A stretch of DNA of 64,000 bases from the human T2T-CHM13v2.0 reference genome, Homo sapiens: assembly GCF_009914755.1 (NCBI RefSeq), contig NC_060942.1. One strand, 5' to 3'. A program made the position numbers and the translations under genes. This document shows positions 59,566 through 64,000 of the stretch, in pieces. The notes beneath the pieces are model-generated. The model had not been told where the DNA came from. It did no database searches and worked only from the letters and a program-made list of their open reading frames with translations. Numbering within the stretch: position 1 is the stretch's first letter; each line of letters opens with the position of its first letter.

Positions 59566-60582
59566 ATGGGGAAAAAACAGAACAGAAAAACTGGAAACTC
59601 TAAAAAGCAGAGTGCCTCTCCTCCTCCAAAGGAACGCAGTTCCTCACCAACAACGGAACAAAGCTGGACGGAGAAGAACTTTGACGAGCTGAGAGAAGAA
59701 GGCTTCAGACAATCAAATTACTCTGAGCTGCGGGAGGACATTCAAACCAAAGGCAAAGAAGTTGAAAACTTTGAAAAAAATTTAGAAGAATGTATAACTA
59801 GAATAACCAATACAGAGAAGTCCTTAAAGGAGCTGATGGAGCTGAAAACCGAGGCTCGAGAACTACGTAAAGAATGCAGAAGCCTCAGGAGCCGATGCGA
59901 TCAACTGGAAGAAAGGGTATCAGCAATGGAAGATGAAATGAATGAAATGAAGCGAGAAGGGAAGTTTAGAGAAAAAAGAATAAAAAGAAATGAGCAAAGC
60001 CTCCAAGAAATATGGGACTATGTGAAAAGACCAAATCTACGTCTGATTGGTGTACCTGAAAGTGACGGGGAGAATGGAACCAAGTTGGAAAACACTCTGC
60101 AGGATATTATCCATGAGAACTTCCCCAATCTAACAAGGCAGGCCAACGTTCAGATTCAGGAAATACAGAGAATGCCACAAAGATACTGCTCGAGAAGAGT
60201 AACTCCAACACACATAATTGTCAGATTCACCAAAGTTGAAATGAAGGAAAAAATGTTAAGGGCAGCCAGAGAGAAAGGTCGGGTTACCCTCAAAGGGAAG
60301 CCCATCAGACTAACAGCGGATCTTTCGGCAGAAACCCTACAAGCCAGAAGAGAGTGGGGGCCAATATTCAACATTCTTAAAGAAAAGAATTTTCAACCCA
60401 GAATTTCATATCCAGCCAAACTAAGCTTCATAAGTGAAGAAGAAATAAAATACTTTACAGACAAGCAAATGCTGAGAGATTTTGTCACCACCAGGCCTGC
60501 CCTAAAAGAGCTCCTGAAGGAAGCGCTAAACATGGAAAGGAACAACCAGTACCAGCCGCTGCAAAATCATGCCAAAATGTAA
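59566..60582 (+). CDS. LINE-1 ORF1p (RNA-binding nucleic-acid chaperone), full-length 338 aa
   Basis: MGKKQNRKTG...PLQNHAKM; coiled coil, RRM and CTD with REKG, ARR and YPAKLS motifs intact. Confidence 0.93.
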   Translation: MGKKQNRKTGNSKKQSASPPPKERSSSPTTEQSWTEKNFDELREEGFRQSNYSELREDIQTKGKEVENFEKNLEECITRITNTEKSLKELMELKTEARELRKECRSLRSRCDQLEERVSAMEDEMNEMKREGKFREKRIKRNEQSLQEIWDYVKRPNLRLIGVPESDGENGTKLENTLQDIIHENFPNLTRQANVQIQEIQRMPQRYCSRRVTPTHIIVRFTKVEMKEKMLRAAREKGRVTLKGKPIRLTADLSAETLQARREWGPIFNILKEKNFQPRISYPAKLSFISEEEIKYFTDKQMLRDFVTTRPALKELLKEALNMERNNQYQPLQNHAKM

Positions 60583-60645
60583 AGACCATCGAGACTAGGA
60601 AGAAACTGCATCAACTAACGAGCAAAATAACCAGCTAACATCATA

Positions 60646-64000
<3,355 letters not shown>

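Overview
Primate (human or ape-like) euchromatic DNA, mostly intergenic or intronic. No host protein-coding exon, RNA gene or CRISPR array could be supported. The window is repeat-rich: about 27 Alus, three solo ERV9/LTR12 LTRs with target-site duplications (TSDs), several MaLR and ERVL LTRs, L2/MIR fossils, old L1M/L1PB fragments, and a 5'-truncated L1PA2/3-type LINE-1 that runs off the right edge with an intact 338-aa ORF1 and a frameshifted ORF2. The most notable observations are: (i) a diverged ~280-bp local inverted duplication of largely non-repeat sequence at 32.8-34.5 kb; (ii) two convergent LTR12s 2.3 kb apart that form a long inverted repeat; (iii) a 20-bp 5' micro-inversion at the L1 insertion junction; (iv) a candidate spliced non-coding transcript starting at LTR12F or at a GC-box/TATA/X-box module at 49-50.5 kb, upstream of and in sense with the promoterless but ORF1-intact L1. 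Repeat subfamily names are from recalled consensus features, not alignments, and many boundaries are approximate. I see no well-supported novel biological system; the regulatory and transcript ideas are hypotheses.
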